From NCBI GenBank assembly GCA_964016885.1, contig OZ024747.1:71486001-71550000 (forward strand): a DNA stretch of 64,000 nucleotides, given 5' to 3'. Position 1 is the stretch's first letter. Each line of letters begins with the position of its first letter. This document shows, piece after piece, positions 25,262 through 36,716 of this stretch. The stretch is from Eledone cirrhosa (taxonomy: Eukaryota). The notes under the pieces were generated by a model. It had not been told where the DNA came from and did no database searches. It was given only the letters and a program-made list of their open reading frames with translations. Position numbers and translations under genes: made by a program.

Positions 25262-26918
25262 ATGGAAAGTTATATTTAAAATTGTTGGGTTACAACTAGT
25301 AAATATTTATAACTGATATAAAAGCACTCGACAAATATTTGGAGTATATTTACAATATTAAATAAATGGAAACTATATTTATAAAACCATATTTATTTCA
25401 TTATATATATTTCAGGGATATCATATTAACAATATGCTATGCCTTCCTCAGACAAAATACAATATAAACAGTTTTATAGATAAATAGATTCGACATACCG
25501 TAACAACATCGACTTGCATTTGAAGAGGTTGATTTGGCAGTGAAAAAATTGTACACAGAGAGAAAGAAAGAGAGAAACAAGAAAGAAAGACAGAAAACGA
25601 AGAAAAGGAAGAAAAAGAAGAAATGCATTGAACAAAATAGAGAGATGGAAAGATAGATAAAGAGAAGAACTTCATGTAAAGAAACAGAAAGAGATATATA
25701 TATAGAGAGAGGAAATAGAGATAGATACATATATATATAGAAAATTAGGTAGTGGGAGGTCTGTTGAGTAACTGTATCAATGATACATTTATTTATTATT
25801 TATTTAGCTCTAGTACTAATGTAAGGGAGATATATAGAGAGAGAAAAAAATATATAGAGAGAAAAAATATAGCGAGAGAAAAAATTTAAAAATAACCAGA
25901 TATATGCGAGGCGTAAAAACCCTATGTTTTAACGTAGAGGTATTAGTATTTATAAAACATCCACTATATTGTAAATATCAGTATTCCTGAATGAGACAAG
26001 TATCCATAGTGTGTGAAAATTAATGATCTTATGTTTAGTTTTTTAAAAAAATTTCATATGTTTATGTGATAGCTACAAACATCCATGTGAATCTACATGA
26101 TCAACTCTGCAAAGCCTAAGTTCACGGAAAACATTCTCAATGTGGTATAAAAATTTGAGTATACATATATGTGTATTATTATTCCTGTCTTTACTCTACA
26201 AGATTATCTATCAAGCAGAAATAGAGAGCAGATTTCAATATACTAATAAAAAATATATATCAGAAACAAAACTAAAAAATAATAATAAGTAATAATAAAA
26301 TAGAAAACTAAAAAAATATTACGAAAGAATATTACATATTAAAAATATTACATATTAAAAAATTTACATATTAAAAATATTAAAAATAAAAATATTAGAA
26401 AATACTACAATAATAAAAAATAAAAATAAACCACAAAGATCAACCCTTCAAAATTAATTGACAATATATTGCCAAGTTCATTATAAGCATCAGAGTCGAA
26501 AAACAGATAAAGCCAAAAATTATCTAGCAAATCACATCTAGCAAAGATCATTTCAAAAAGTATTAGGATGCCCAATTTGGTCTACATGTGTTCTTATATT
26601 TAATATAGAAGTTTATCTAGTGTAACGTTTATTCGAAATATTTGGAGCATCAGCTTTTAGGGTAGCTTAATTTTTCATGAGGAATGTTTAAATAAAAATA
26701 AAAATAAAATAAAAATAAAAAATAAAAAAAGAATAAAAAGAAGGAATCAAAGATTTATCGGCTAGTTTCCCATATAAATATAAATCAAACTAAATATACT
26801 ACATTTTAAATTTAAATTTATATTTAAACGTTGAGTTTAATCTATGTTTGCAACAACTGAATAAATTTGTCCGTAGATTAAGGGAATTTTTAGATTTTAG
26901 TATAAAGAATATCTCCTC
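25262..26918 (-). repeat. 3' pseudo-LTR (includes the last 120 nt of the ORF)
   Basis: Near-identical to 29060-30716, with only a handful of differences seen. Confidence 0.95.
25388..25466 (-). ncRNA. Type I hammerhead ribozyme (3' pLTR copy)
   Basis: Minus: tatatt(g)tattttgt-CTGAGGA-AGG..catatt-gtt-aatatg..CCT-GAAA-TATATA-TA^-atgaaataaatatg; predicted cut between 25402 and 25401. Confidence 0.82.
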
Positions 26919-29012
26919 TGCGCAGAGGTCACATGTCTCAGAGGATGAATTAAAAGGAATCCCTCTTGAGACTATATTCCAAGCCGTCGAATATCTAACG
27001 TTATCTAGCTTAAGTTGCCAGAGTACGCCTGATAGTGCCGTTGAAGATTTTGTTCTTGGATCTGTGAAAGACTTCTTGTGGTTATTATAGCGAAGTTTAA
27101 ATTCCGTCGATGTGGAACCGACGTAGTTAAAAGAATTAGAGTCAGTATTAACATTACAATTGTATACTATATTTTTAACTAAGCAGTTGTTATTTAACGG
27201 ACATTTAGATCTATCTCTACAGTTACATTTGTTAACCTGTATATTATTTATGCTATTATCACTAGGTTTTAAGTTCTTATTATTTATTCTATTAATATTT
27301 TGTGCTAAATTTTTGGTGGATGAGTAGGTTAATTTTATTGTATGTCTATTGAAAATTGAGTGATACCTATGTGTTCTAGGGAAGCGATTATCAAGAGCTT
27401 TGAAAAATAGTTTAGCGATGTGGGTTTTAATGTTTAGTGAGAAAGGGGGGGCAAACCAAATTATGTTCCTAGTTCTATTTCTTTTTTGGCCTTTGGAATT
27501 ATTGTAATGCTTTCTATTATAGTTGTTAAGGTTGTTGCCGTAATTAAAAAAGTTGTTACTTTGCTTAGTTTGTCTATCATTATCTATGTACACAATCTTA
27601 TCAGCATATCCTGCTCTAGCTAATGCTTCATTATAGTATTGGGCTTTTTCGTCGAAAATCTTTCTATTCGACGAGATCCTAGAGATACGTTTTTGAACAG
27701 AGTTTACTATAGTGTTTTTGACAGATCTGGGGTGGTTAGAGTTAAAGTTGACATAGTTTAAGTTTTCATTCAACTTGTGAAAAGGATAGTGAAGACATGT
27801 GTTGAGATTTAATGTTATATCTAGGAAATTGACTATTCTATGGTTGTTCTCAATTTCTATTTTAAGATTAAAGTAATTAAAAAATTGTGTAATTTGTTTA
27901 CATTTTCTATTTAGTTCAGGGTTATTATTATCAATAAGTAAAAGCATGTCATCTCTATATAAACCTCCGGTAGTACCAGGTATTTTCCTATGTAGCGAAT
28001 TGATTAAAAATAAGCCCACAAGGTCAGTTACCTGAGCTGAGTCGGATGATCCCATAGTTATGTCAAAATTGCTATCTCTATCTGCTCTGGTCCATAGTTT
28101 GTCATTAAATTCTATCAAAGTTTTCCTAGCCGATAATATAATATGCATTTCATTGCTAGTTAGGTCAGTATGTTTGAATGCGTAATTTAGTGCCTTATTT
28201 AGTAGATTAGGGGTAATAGAAGAATAATAGTTAGCTATATCAAGTTGAATAAACTTATTATTATTGTTATATTTAATTTGCTTAAACCACTCAACAACCT
28301 CTCCAGTTCCCTTCCATAAGCTCAGGTTAGATAAACAATCCAAGTTCTTAATTTGTTGTATCACCCTGTCAAGAATGTTTTTGCTTAATTTGCCCAGGTC
28401 CGATTTTGATGGTGCGATCAATCTAACTGGCAGGTCATTTTCAAAATTCCTCTTGTGATCTTTCATATTGATCTTCGGTTTCCTGGGCACGAAAGGTTGT
28501 GTTCTGTTCTCAATTTCCAACTCGTGCATTATACAAGATGCTTCGACATTCATTTTCTCAAGTTCGGCCTTATCTGCTACCTTGTACTTTTTCCTCAGCT
28601 CTTTCAGTATGAGGCCATTATACATGTCTTTCTGCACTCCATAGAGGTTGTTGGTCTTGTCAGATTTCACCAAGATCTTCTCAGTTTTCTCTAAGCTCTC
28701 AATGTTATCCTTAATGCCTTTCAGATATTCCTGGCCTTTGAAGTTTCTCTTGAATTTGACCCCTTGTATGATAGAAATTATATCGTTTTCAAAGTCAGAT
28801 AAAAGTTTGTTAGGGGGTGGATTTCTTTTAGATTTGAAAACTTTGTTTAAGTCCGAGACATTTTCGTTTGTATTAGATTTATCAAAGTGGAATGCTCGCC
28901 ACCTGATTCTCCTTATAAAAGAGTCAGATTTATCAATTAATTGTTTTATAAAGTCTTTGTTTCTAGGTAGAGGTATGTCTTTTAGAGAGGAAGTAATCTT
29001 AAAGAATTCCAT
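26799..29012 (-). CDS. Intact 737-aa PLE reverse transcriptase with C-terminal GIY-YIG endonuclease (Hydra-clade-like)
   Basis: SLKDIPLP...IRRIRWRAFHF, KSDKT, PVRLIAP, IQLDIANYYSSI, TMGSSDSAQVTDLVG, LYRDD, VNFLDITL, SNHP; CNCRDRSKCPLNNNC, IVY-YVG-FKLRYNNHKKSF, CDLCAEE, CKHR; no stops. Confidence 0.93.
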   Translation of the reverse strand: MEFFKITSSLKDIPLPRNKDFIKQLIDKSDSFIRRIRWRAFHFDKSNTNENVSDLNKVFKSKRNPPPNKLLSDFENDIISIIQGVKFKRNFKGQEYLKGIKDNIESLEKTEKILVKSDKTNNLYGVQKDMYNGLILKELRKKYKVADKAELEKMNVEASCIMHELEIENRTQPFVPRKPKINMKDHKRNFENDLPVRLIAPSKSDLGKLSKNILDRVIQQIKNLDCLSNLSLWKGTGEVVEWFKQIKYNNNNKFIQLDIANYYSSITPNLLNKALNYAFKHTDLTSNEMHIILSARKTLIEFNDKLWTRADRDSNFDITMGSSDSAQVTDLVGLFLINSLHRKIPGTTGGLYRDDMLLLIDNNNPELNRKCKQITQFFNYFNLKIEIENNHRIVNFLDITLNLNTCLHYPFHKLNENLNYVNFNSNHPRSVKNTIVNSVQKRISRISSNRKIFDEKAQYYNEALARAGYADKIVYIDNDRQTKQSNNFFNYGNNLNNYNRKHYNNSKGQKRNRTRNIIWFAPPFSLNIKTHIAKLFFKALDNRFPRTHRYHSIFNRHTIKLTYSSTKNLAQNINRINNKNLKPSDNSINNIQVNKCNCRDRSKCPLNNNCLVKNIVYNCNVNTDSNSFNYVGSTSTEFKLRYNNHKKSFTDPRTKSSTALSGVLWQLKLDNVRYSTAWNIVSRGIPFNSSSETCDLCAEEIFFILKSKNSLNLRTNLFSCCKHRLNSTFKYKFKFKM

Positions 29013-29059
29013 TTTTCCAGTTATAATATAAAGCGCTCAACAGTATTGGAGCAAGATAC

Positions 29060-30716
29060 ATGGAAAGTTATATTTAAAATTGTTGGGTTACAACTAGTAA
29101 ATATTTATAACTGATATAAAAGCACTCGACAAATATTTGGAGTATATTTACAATATTAAATAAATGGAAACTATATTTATAAAACCATATTTATTTCATT
29201 ATATATATTTCAGGGATATCATATTAACAATATGCTATGCCTTCCTCAGACAAAATACAATATAAACAGTTTTATAGATAAATAGATTCGACATACCGTA
29301 ACAACATCGACTTGCATTTGAAGAGGTTGATTTGGCAGTGAAAAAATTGTACACAGAGAGAAAGAAAGAGAGAAACAAGAAAGAAAGACAGAAAACGAAG
29401 AAAAGGAAGAAAAAGAAGAAATGCATTGAACAAAATAGAGAGATGGAAAGATAGATAAAGAGAAGAACTTCATGTAAAGAAACAGAAAGAGATATATATA
29501 TAGAGAGAGGAAATAGAGATAGATACATATATATATAGAAAATTAGGTAGTGGGAGGTCTGTTGAGTAACTGTATCAATGATACATTTATTTATTTATTT
29601 ATTTAGCTCTAGTACTAATGTAAGGGAGATATATAGAGAGAGAAAAAAATATAGAGAGAGAAAAAATATAGCGAGAGAAAAAATTTAAAAATAACCAGAT
29701 ATATGCGAGGCGTAAAAACCCTATGTTTTAACGTAGAGGTATTAGTATTTATAAAACATCCACTATATTGTAAATATCAGTATTCCTGAATGAGACAAGT
29801 ATCCATAGTGTGTGAAAATTAATGATCTTATGTTTAGTTTTTTAAAAAAATTTCATATGTTTATGTGATAGCTACAAACATCCATGTGAATCTACATGAT
29901 CAACTCTGCAAAGCCTAAGTTCACGGAAAACATTCTCAATGTGGTATAAAAATTTGAGTATACATATATGTGTATTATTATTCCTGTCTTTACTCTACAA
30001 GATTATCTATCAAGCAGAAATAGAGAGCAGATTTCAATATACTAATAAAAATTTATATCAGAAACAAAACTAAAAAATAATAATAAGTAATAATAAAATA
30101 GAAAACTAAAAAAATATTACGAAAGAATATTACATATTAAAAATATTACATATTAAAAAATTTACATATTAAAAATATTAAAAATAAAAATATTAGAAAA
30201 TACTACAATAATAAAAAATAAAAATAAACCACAAAGATCAACCCTTCAAAATTAATTGACAATATATTGCCAAGTTCATTATAAGCATCAGAGTCGAAAA
30301 ACAGATAAAGCCAAAAATTATCTATCAAATCACATCTAGCAAAGATCATTTCAAAAAGTATTAGGATGCCCAATTTGGTCTACATGTGTTCTTATATTTA
30401 ATATAGAAGTTTATCTAGTGTAACGTTTATTCGAAATATTTGGAGCATCAGCTTTTAGGGTAGCTTAATTTTTCATGAGGAATGTTTAAATAAAAATAAA
30501 AATAAAATAAAAATAAAAAATAAAAAAAGAATAAAAAGAAGGAATCAAAGATTTATCGGCTAGTTTCCCATATAAATATAAATCAAACTAAATATACTAC
30601 ATTTTAAATTTAAATTTATATTTAAACGTTGAGTTTAATCTATGTTTGCAACAACTGAATAAATTTGTCCGTAGATTAAGGGAATTTTTAGATTTTAGTA
30701 TAAAGAATATCTCCTC
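29060..30716 (-). repeat. 5' pseudo-LTR
   Basis: Direct repeat of 25262-26918. Confidence 0.95.
29186..29264 (-). ncRNA. Type I hammerhead ribozyme (5' pLTR copy)
   Basis: Identical to 25388-25466; predicted cut 187 nt upstream of the ORF ATG. Confidence 0.82.
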
Positions 30717-30952
30717 CTTCTTTTTCTTCCTTTTCTTCGTTTTCTGTCTTTCTTTCTTGTTTTTTTCACTGCCAAATCAACCTCTTCAAATGCAAGTCGA
30801 TGTTGTTACGGTATGTCGAATCTATTTATCTATAAAACTGTTTATATTGTATTTTGTCTGAGGAAGGCATAGCATATTGTTAATATGATATCCCTGAAAT
30901 ATATATAATGAAATAAATATGGTTTTATAAATATAGTTTCCATTTATTTAAT

Positions 30953-30958
<6 letters not shown>
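30717..30958 (+). repeat. Inverted copy of pLTR end (reverse complement of ~25351-25620 with a ~26-bp internal deletion)
   Basis: Direct comparison; joins (TA)n at ...aatattgta. Confidence 0.92.
30843..30921 (+). ncRNA. Type I hammerhead ribozyme (inverted copy)
   Basis: tatattgtattttgtCTGAGGAaggcatagcatattgttaatatgatatccctGAAAtatatataatgaaataaatatg. Confidence 0.82.
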
Positions 30959-31397
<439 letters not shown>

Positions 31398-31869
31398 GTG
31401 TGTGTGAGTGTGTTTGTGTGTGCCTCTGTGTGTGTGTGTTTGTGTTTGTGTGTGTGCGTGTGTATGTGTGCGTATGAATATCTTATGCTAATTATTTCTT
31501 TAAAAAATAAAATATTAACTGGTATATAATAAAGAACAAAGGAAGTTCAAAAACGCCAATGAGGGGTTTAAAGAAATTCTGAAGAAGACAACAAAGAAAG
31601 AAGATTAAAATAAATTACAGATGTGAAATGTCTTACAGTATTTAATTTTCCATTCATTTGACTGAAGCTCTCGCTAAGAAAAGGGAAAGAAAAAAACATG
31701 TATTAACTGCTGACTTAGCTTTCTGTTTACTTTTCTAGTGGTCAGAGGAGAGTTTAATTTATGGCACAATTGTTTCATAAAACCTAGTTTGACAAATATG
31801 TCCGAACACGGAAGAACCGAACTCCCACTGTCATCGCGTCCATCTCTCTCGCCCTCCCCATATTTCTGT

Positions 31870-32480
31870 ATTATGAGTAAATGGGGTCCCACGTGCTGGC
31901 CGCCCCACAGCCCCGACGGACAGAAGGAGAAGGCGTTTCCCTGGAGTATGGTAAGGGAGATGCACTGGAAGAGCCATTCCATCTAGCTTATATTCAGTTA
32001 CCTTTATCTTATAAAGAGCGTGCGATCGTTTATGTTCTTTCTCTTTCTTTCACTGCTTCTGTCTCTCCTACTCTCCCCATCTCTCACTATTATAAGCAAG
32101 TGGGAGCCCACGCGCTGGTCGCCCCGCGGTCCCGGCGGACAGAATAGAGATATTTTACGAGAGGATGGTGAAGGAGACGCGTTGGAAGAGCCATTCCAGC
32201 TCGTGAGACTCACACCTGCAGGTAGCCAACTCCATACCGATGGTGGTGAGTTGGGAGGTAGCCCTAGGGCCAAGGACACTACAAGTCTCCACTGCTACAG
32301 GCTCGGCCGCAAACCTGTCGGAGAGAGACCGATACTTGGAGAGTTTACCCTCCTTGGCCCGAAGTGCAGCAGAGCCTGGATTAGTCGAAGACTACATCAG
32401 GTTGCCGTTAGAAAAAGTGTCGCTGTATGTGACATCCCAGATGAGGGGTTTACTACAGTGAAACGGGAACAGGGTCACTG
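31870..32480 (-). mobile_element. Two tandem 3' fragments of the CRE-like retrotransposon (~31870-31985 and ~32095-32480)
   Basis: Minus strand PLIWDVTYSDTF...NPGSAA...AVETCSVLGPRATSQLTTIG...EWLFQRVSFTILVK; both share the tail ttctgtccg.cggg..gcg.ccagc.cgtggg..ccca. Confidence 0.75.
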
Positions 32481-33929
32481 TATTTCAGGTATATCGAGGA
32501 AGTGCGCTGAAATCCGTTTATTGTTTGCAATAAAGTATATGCTTTCAATGGCGGTGAATGAATTTTCAGTTTGTATTAATTAAATCTGTGTTTATTCCTC
32601 CCAGAAAAAAGTAATTTATATATATATTTCTTTTTTCTTTGTTTTGTTTTTTTTTAATTGTTTTTTTTCATAACATTCTGTGGTAGCATATTTATTATCA
32701 TCTTGCCAGCATTTATCAGTCAGGCATGTAATCAAAGACGGCATTCAGTGATCACATCGTCTTTTTGTATATTTATGACGAAGTTTTTTATATATCCTTC
32801 TTTAAGGGTGTGATTTATTTCCAGCAAGTCGAACATCTATGTAGAATCTTTGTTGTAGTTAGATGTATATATATTGAGTATATATTCAGAACAACAGTGA
32901 CAAAGAAAAAAACACAACATTATTGATGTACAAAATCACACAAACGTCATTTCGGAATGAATAGACATGGTCCACGGTATATTTCAAATTTTGAAATTTG
33001 TAGTAGCTGTCCTTTTGGTAGACATTTTACGAGGATCACTATATGATATTGGTTTCCAGATTTTTATTCAGTTTTAGACACCAATCATATTTTCTGTAAA
33101 AATATTTTCCTATCCAATTTCCTTCTATAATTCCTTGTTATTCATTCGCCTCTTCTGATTTATGAATATTTAGGTAACGTATCGAATATCACAATGGAAC
33201 TTTTCTTCATAGGGTTTTTTCGTTTCTATGTAAATGGCATATTTTTAGAATCGTAAGAGGGAAGAGCGAAATGCCTTGTGGTATTTATTATAGCTCTTTG
33301 TGTTCTGAGTTCGATTACGTTGAGGTCAATGTTCCTTTTCAACGTTCTGTATTCGACAAGTAAAGTACCAATATAAGGTCGGTCGTTCGAGCGTCAGATA
33401 GGATGCCATGCGGTATTTGTCCCAGCTCTGTGTTCTGAATCCAAAGCTAACCATTGCCTACATGGGTGGTGATTTAATCAGTTGCTTGATCTAACACCAG
33501 TGCTGGCCCTTTAGGATGTTTTTAACGGAGCCCACTCACTTGCAAGCATTCGGACGGTGACTCAGATTTGAAGATACCCCCTAGTTTTCTGTGTCCCTGA
33601 GAAGGGATAAGGAAAAATGCGCCTCATCGTGATTAATGTTTTTATGTGGATGTCTGTTAAATGTAAACAATTTTTTTCTGAGCAAAGTTCAGATTTATAT
33701 TTTCATTATTATATATTATGATGAGTTCAAATCCCGTTGAGATTAGCTTTACCGTATGGAGTCGATAAAATAAAGTACCAGTAACACACATGGATCAATT
33801 TAATTGACTTTCCCCTCGTGCAAAACCTCGGGTAGGTATTGTTCCGTGTTCCCAGCAGACAGTTGCAAAGGCGTTACCTCGGAGGGCAGTATGAAAGAAA
33901 TTTTTTTAATAATTTTGAGTTCAGTTTCA

Positions 33930-35181
33930 TCTCTATCACTTATAAAAGGAAGTCTGTTTGTACGTTGGCTGCTAATGACACTAAATAAAATTGGTAATAA
34001 TTAAAATTTTTCGTGTGTTTTCAACTAATCTGACCTCCAACATGCTCGCAATCTACTTTTTCTCTGAAAATGGCATGTGGAGGAGCAAGGTTGGGGGGGG
34101 GGGGACACTCAGATTTTCCCAACCTCGGAGATTTCTTTAGTGAGATTTCTTTCTTTATAGCTTTTTTTTTTTTTCGTTTGTTTTCGACCTATCTGACATC
34201 CCACTCACTCACTAACGACTCCTTTTTCCGAAAAGGGAGACGGGGGTGGAAGGGGACCCTCAGAAATACAGATAAGCACCTCTCAGTCGTTTAAATTCAT
34301 AGAAAAACAGTCCCTTGATACAGAAGGATATTTTGATCTTTCATCATTTTGTACAGTTTTAGAAAGTGTTGTAAAGTTAATCAAGTGCTCCACCATTCCA
34401 ACGAGATGTAACTGTGTGAAAGAGCAATCCTTGTACCCCAAAACATCACAGTGACTGCCATCAACAAAAATCTCTCACAAATGATCCCTGAATGTAGCCA
34501 GACCTATAAATATATCGACAAAATTGTTGACGAGGATGAAGCTGCTCATTATCCTGTTGAATATCTCAACAGTCTGGAACCATCCAGTATGCACAACCTT
34601 GAATTGAAGAAGGGCACAGTCATCATGCTTCTCAGAAACCTGGATTAGCCATGGTTGTGCAATGAGACGCGTATGGTTGTGACTGAACTACATCCTCACA
34701 TTATCGAAGTCAAAATCCTCACTGGATGTGATAAGGATGACATCGTATACCGCTAATATCAATAGATGCCCCTTTTCTTTCAAACGATTGCAATTCCTAG
34801 TGAGAGTCAGTTGCACAATGACTATTAACAAGTCCCAGGTTGTTGGCTCCATCTAGAAGAGGGCTGTTTCTCACAAGGTCAATTGTATGTAGATTGTTCC
34901 AGAGTAGGAAGTCCCCACAAACTCTTCATGTATGCTCCAAAGAAAAACCGTTAAAAACATTGTTTATGCTGAAGTTCAGTAAATGTTTTATAATTTTCGT
35001 AGAATACATTTTTCTATTATTATCTTTATTACTTTCTGTATTTAGATATTCAAAATAATGTTATGCAATATTTAAATACCCTTTAACACCTTTTATTATA
35101 AAAAAAACGGGCATTACCATAGGTGCCTTATGAATAGATTTGAGCACAATACAAATCGGGGCAAAGGCCGGAGGCCGCTCG
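33930..35181 (+). mobile_element. Internally deleted, decayed Helitron
   Basis: Helitron-like 5' end (a|TCtctatcacttataaaa...gtctgtttgt), helicase remnant, 3' GC-rich hairpin-like cggggcaaaggccgg followed by ctcg|t; ends tentative. Confidence 0.55.
34415..34980 (+). pseudogene. PIF1-family (Helitron) helicase C-terminal fragment
   Basis: ERAILVPQN...YPVEYLNSL...HNLELKKGTVIMLLRNLD*..LCNETRMVV...FKRLQF..MTINKSQ...FSQGQLYVDCSRV...KNIVYAEV. Confidence 0.88.
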
Positions 35182-36716
35182 TATCGACATTCAAGATATT
35201 CATATGTCAAGGTTTGCTGACAAACTCATCAGTGATTGAAACGAAATCTGAAGACGTCATATTTAAACGTGAAAGAGGATATATTACGAAATTGATGATT
35301 TAGCACAAACAATGAAGAGAAATATCAATAATCGGGTATCAAAATAAAGTCCACAGACTTGGTATCCAAGTGACTAATCTTTATTCTTTATACTTACTTT
35401 TATGTAAATATGTAATAGAACTAAAGGTGTTAGAAGAATGATACTGTAATACATCGCATTCATTAAAATAAAGATATTATTATAAAATAAGTTAGAAAGT
35501 TATTTTGAAATACAACAAACTATTATAAGCTACACTTTCTTGGTTTTCACCCCCACCACAACTCACCCCCAAGAAATCCATTTAAAGCTAAAAATTTCGT
35601 GATATTTATTGAACTAGGGATGTAAATTGAGAAAATGGTCAGAAGTTAAGTAAGAAAAATATCGAGTTCTTTTCTATCGAATCACTGATATCTCTTGACA
35701 TGTTCTAAATATCTTAATTAGCCAAAGGGCATCTATTCTGGTTAAATAAAGCCATCGTGTAAGCTGAGAGGCTTCTTCAGGGTTCACTTTTTAGAAGCTA
35801 GATATTCAGTGGAGAGCATATATAAGGAGAGAAAGAAAGAACAGAAATATCGATAGATATGAAAACAAAAAAAAAGTAAAAAGAAAATATTGGAAAAGAA
35901 ATGTATAAAAACTGAATTAGCAAAATGTATAAGAAGAATAAATACTATTACTTAGATAAAATGCTGTCAAAAATCAGTGATACATTTTTGCATCCGTTTG
36001 GCTGCAAGGCAAATGGCCATTTTAAGTGACTGGTCATGCAAAAAGTAAGTTTTGGTCATTATAGTGGAAGGGAGGCGAGAGATATTAAGTAAGACTGCGT
36101 TAAGTCAGAGATCTTTTAAAGAAACCATGATCTGTTCAATGAGATTTGTTCAACGGTGAGAAATATTGTTCTTGTAGGCATACATACGGCATGATTAAAG
36201 AGGTGCTTACCAAATCTCCTTTAATATAGATGAAGACTTCTCAATGGTGGTGATAGTAGTGGTGGTTGTGGTGCTGGTGGTGGTGGGGAGATGATAGTGG
36301 TGGTGGTAGTAGTGGTAGTGGTGGTGTGTGTCCTAGTCGTGGCCTCACTGCAATGTGGGTGGAGATTGGGGAGGCGGAGGAGGAGGAAGACAATGGGAAG
36401 AGGTGGTGGTGGTGATTATCGTGATCATGGTTGTAGTTGCAGTGGTGTTGGTGGGTGACGTAGTTGTGGCCTCACTGCAATGTGGGTGGAGATTGAGGAG
36501 GCAGAGCAGGAGACAGAGGAAGAGGTGGCGATAGTGGTAGTGGTGGTGTTGGTGGTGGTGGTGGTATTATCACGGTGACGCTTTTGTAAAACGTTAGTGG
36601 TGTTTTTGCAGCAAGATGTTGATGGTAGTGGTCAGATAATGGTGGTGTTAGTAATGGTAGGATGTTGACAGAGATAGTGGTGGTGATGGTGGTAGTGGGG
36701 GAGAGATGTTTGTGAT

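Noticed and set aside
25437-25730. 97-aa and 75-aa hydrophobic ORFs duplicated in the pLTRs
   Set aside because: They arise from a T/C-rich low-complexity stretch with no recognisable motif.
25262-30716. LTR retrotransposon or assembly duplication
   Set aside because: No TG..CA ends, PBS, gag or integrase; the repeat includes the ORF 3' end as in PLE pseudo-LTRs, and the copies differ at a few sites.
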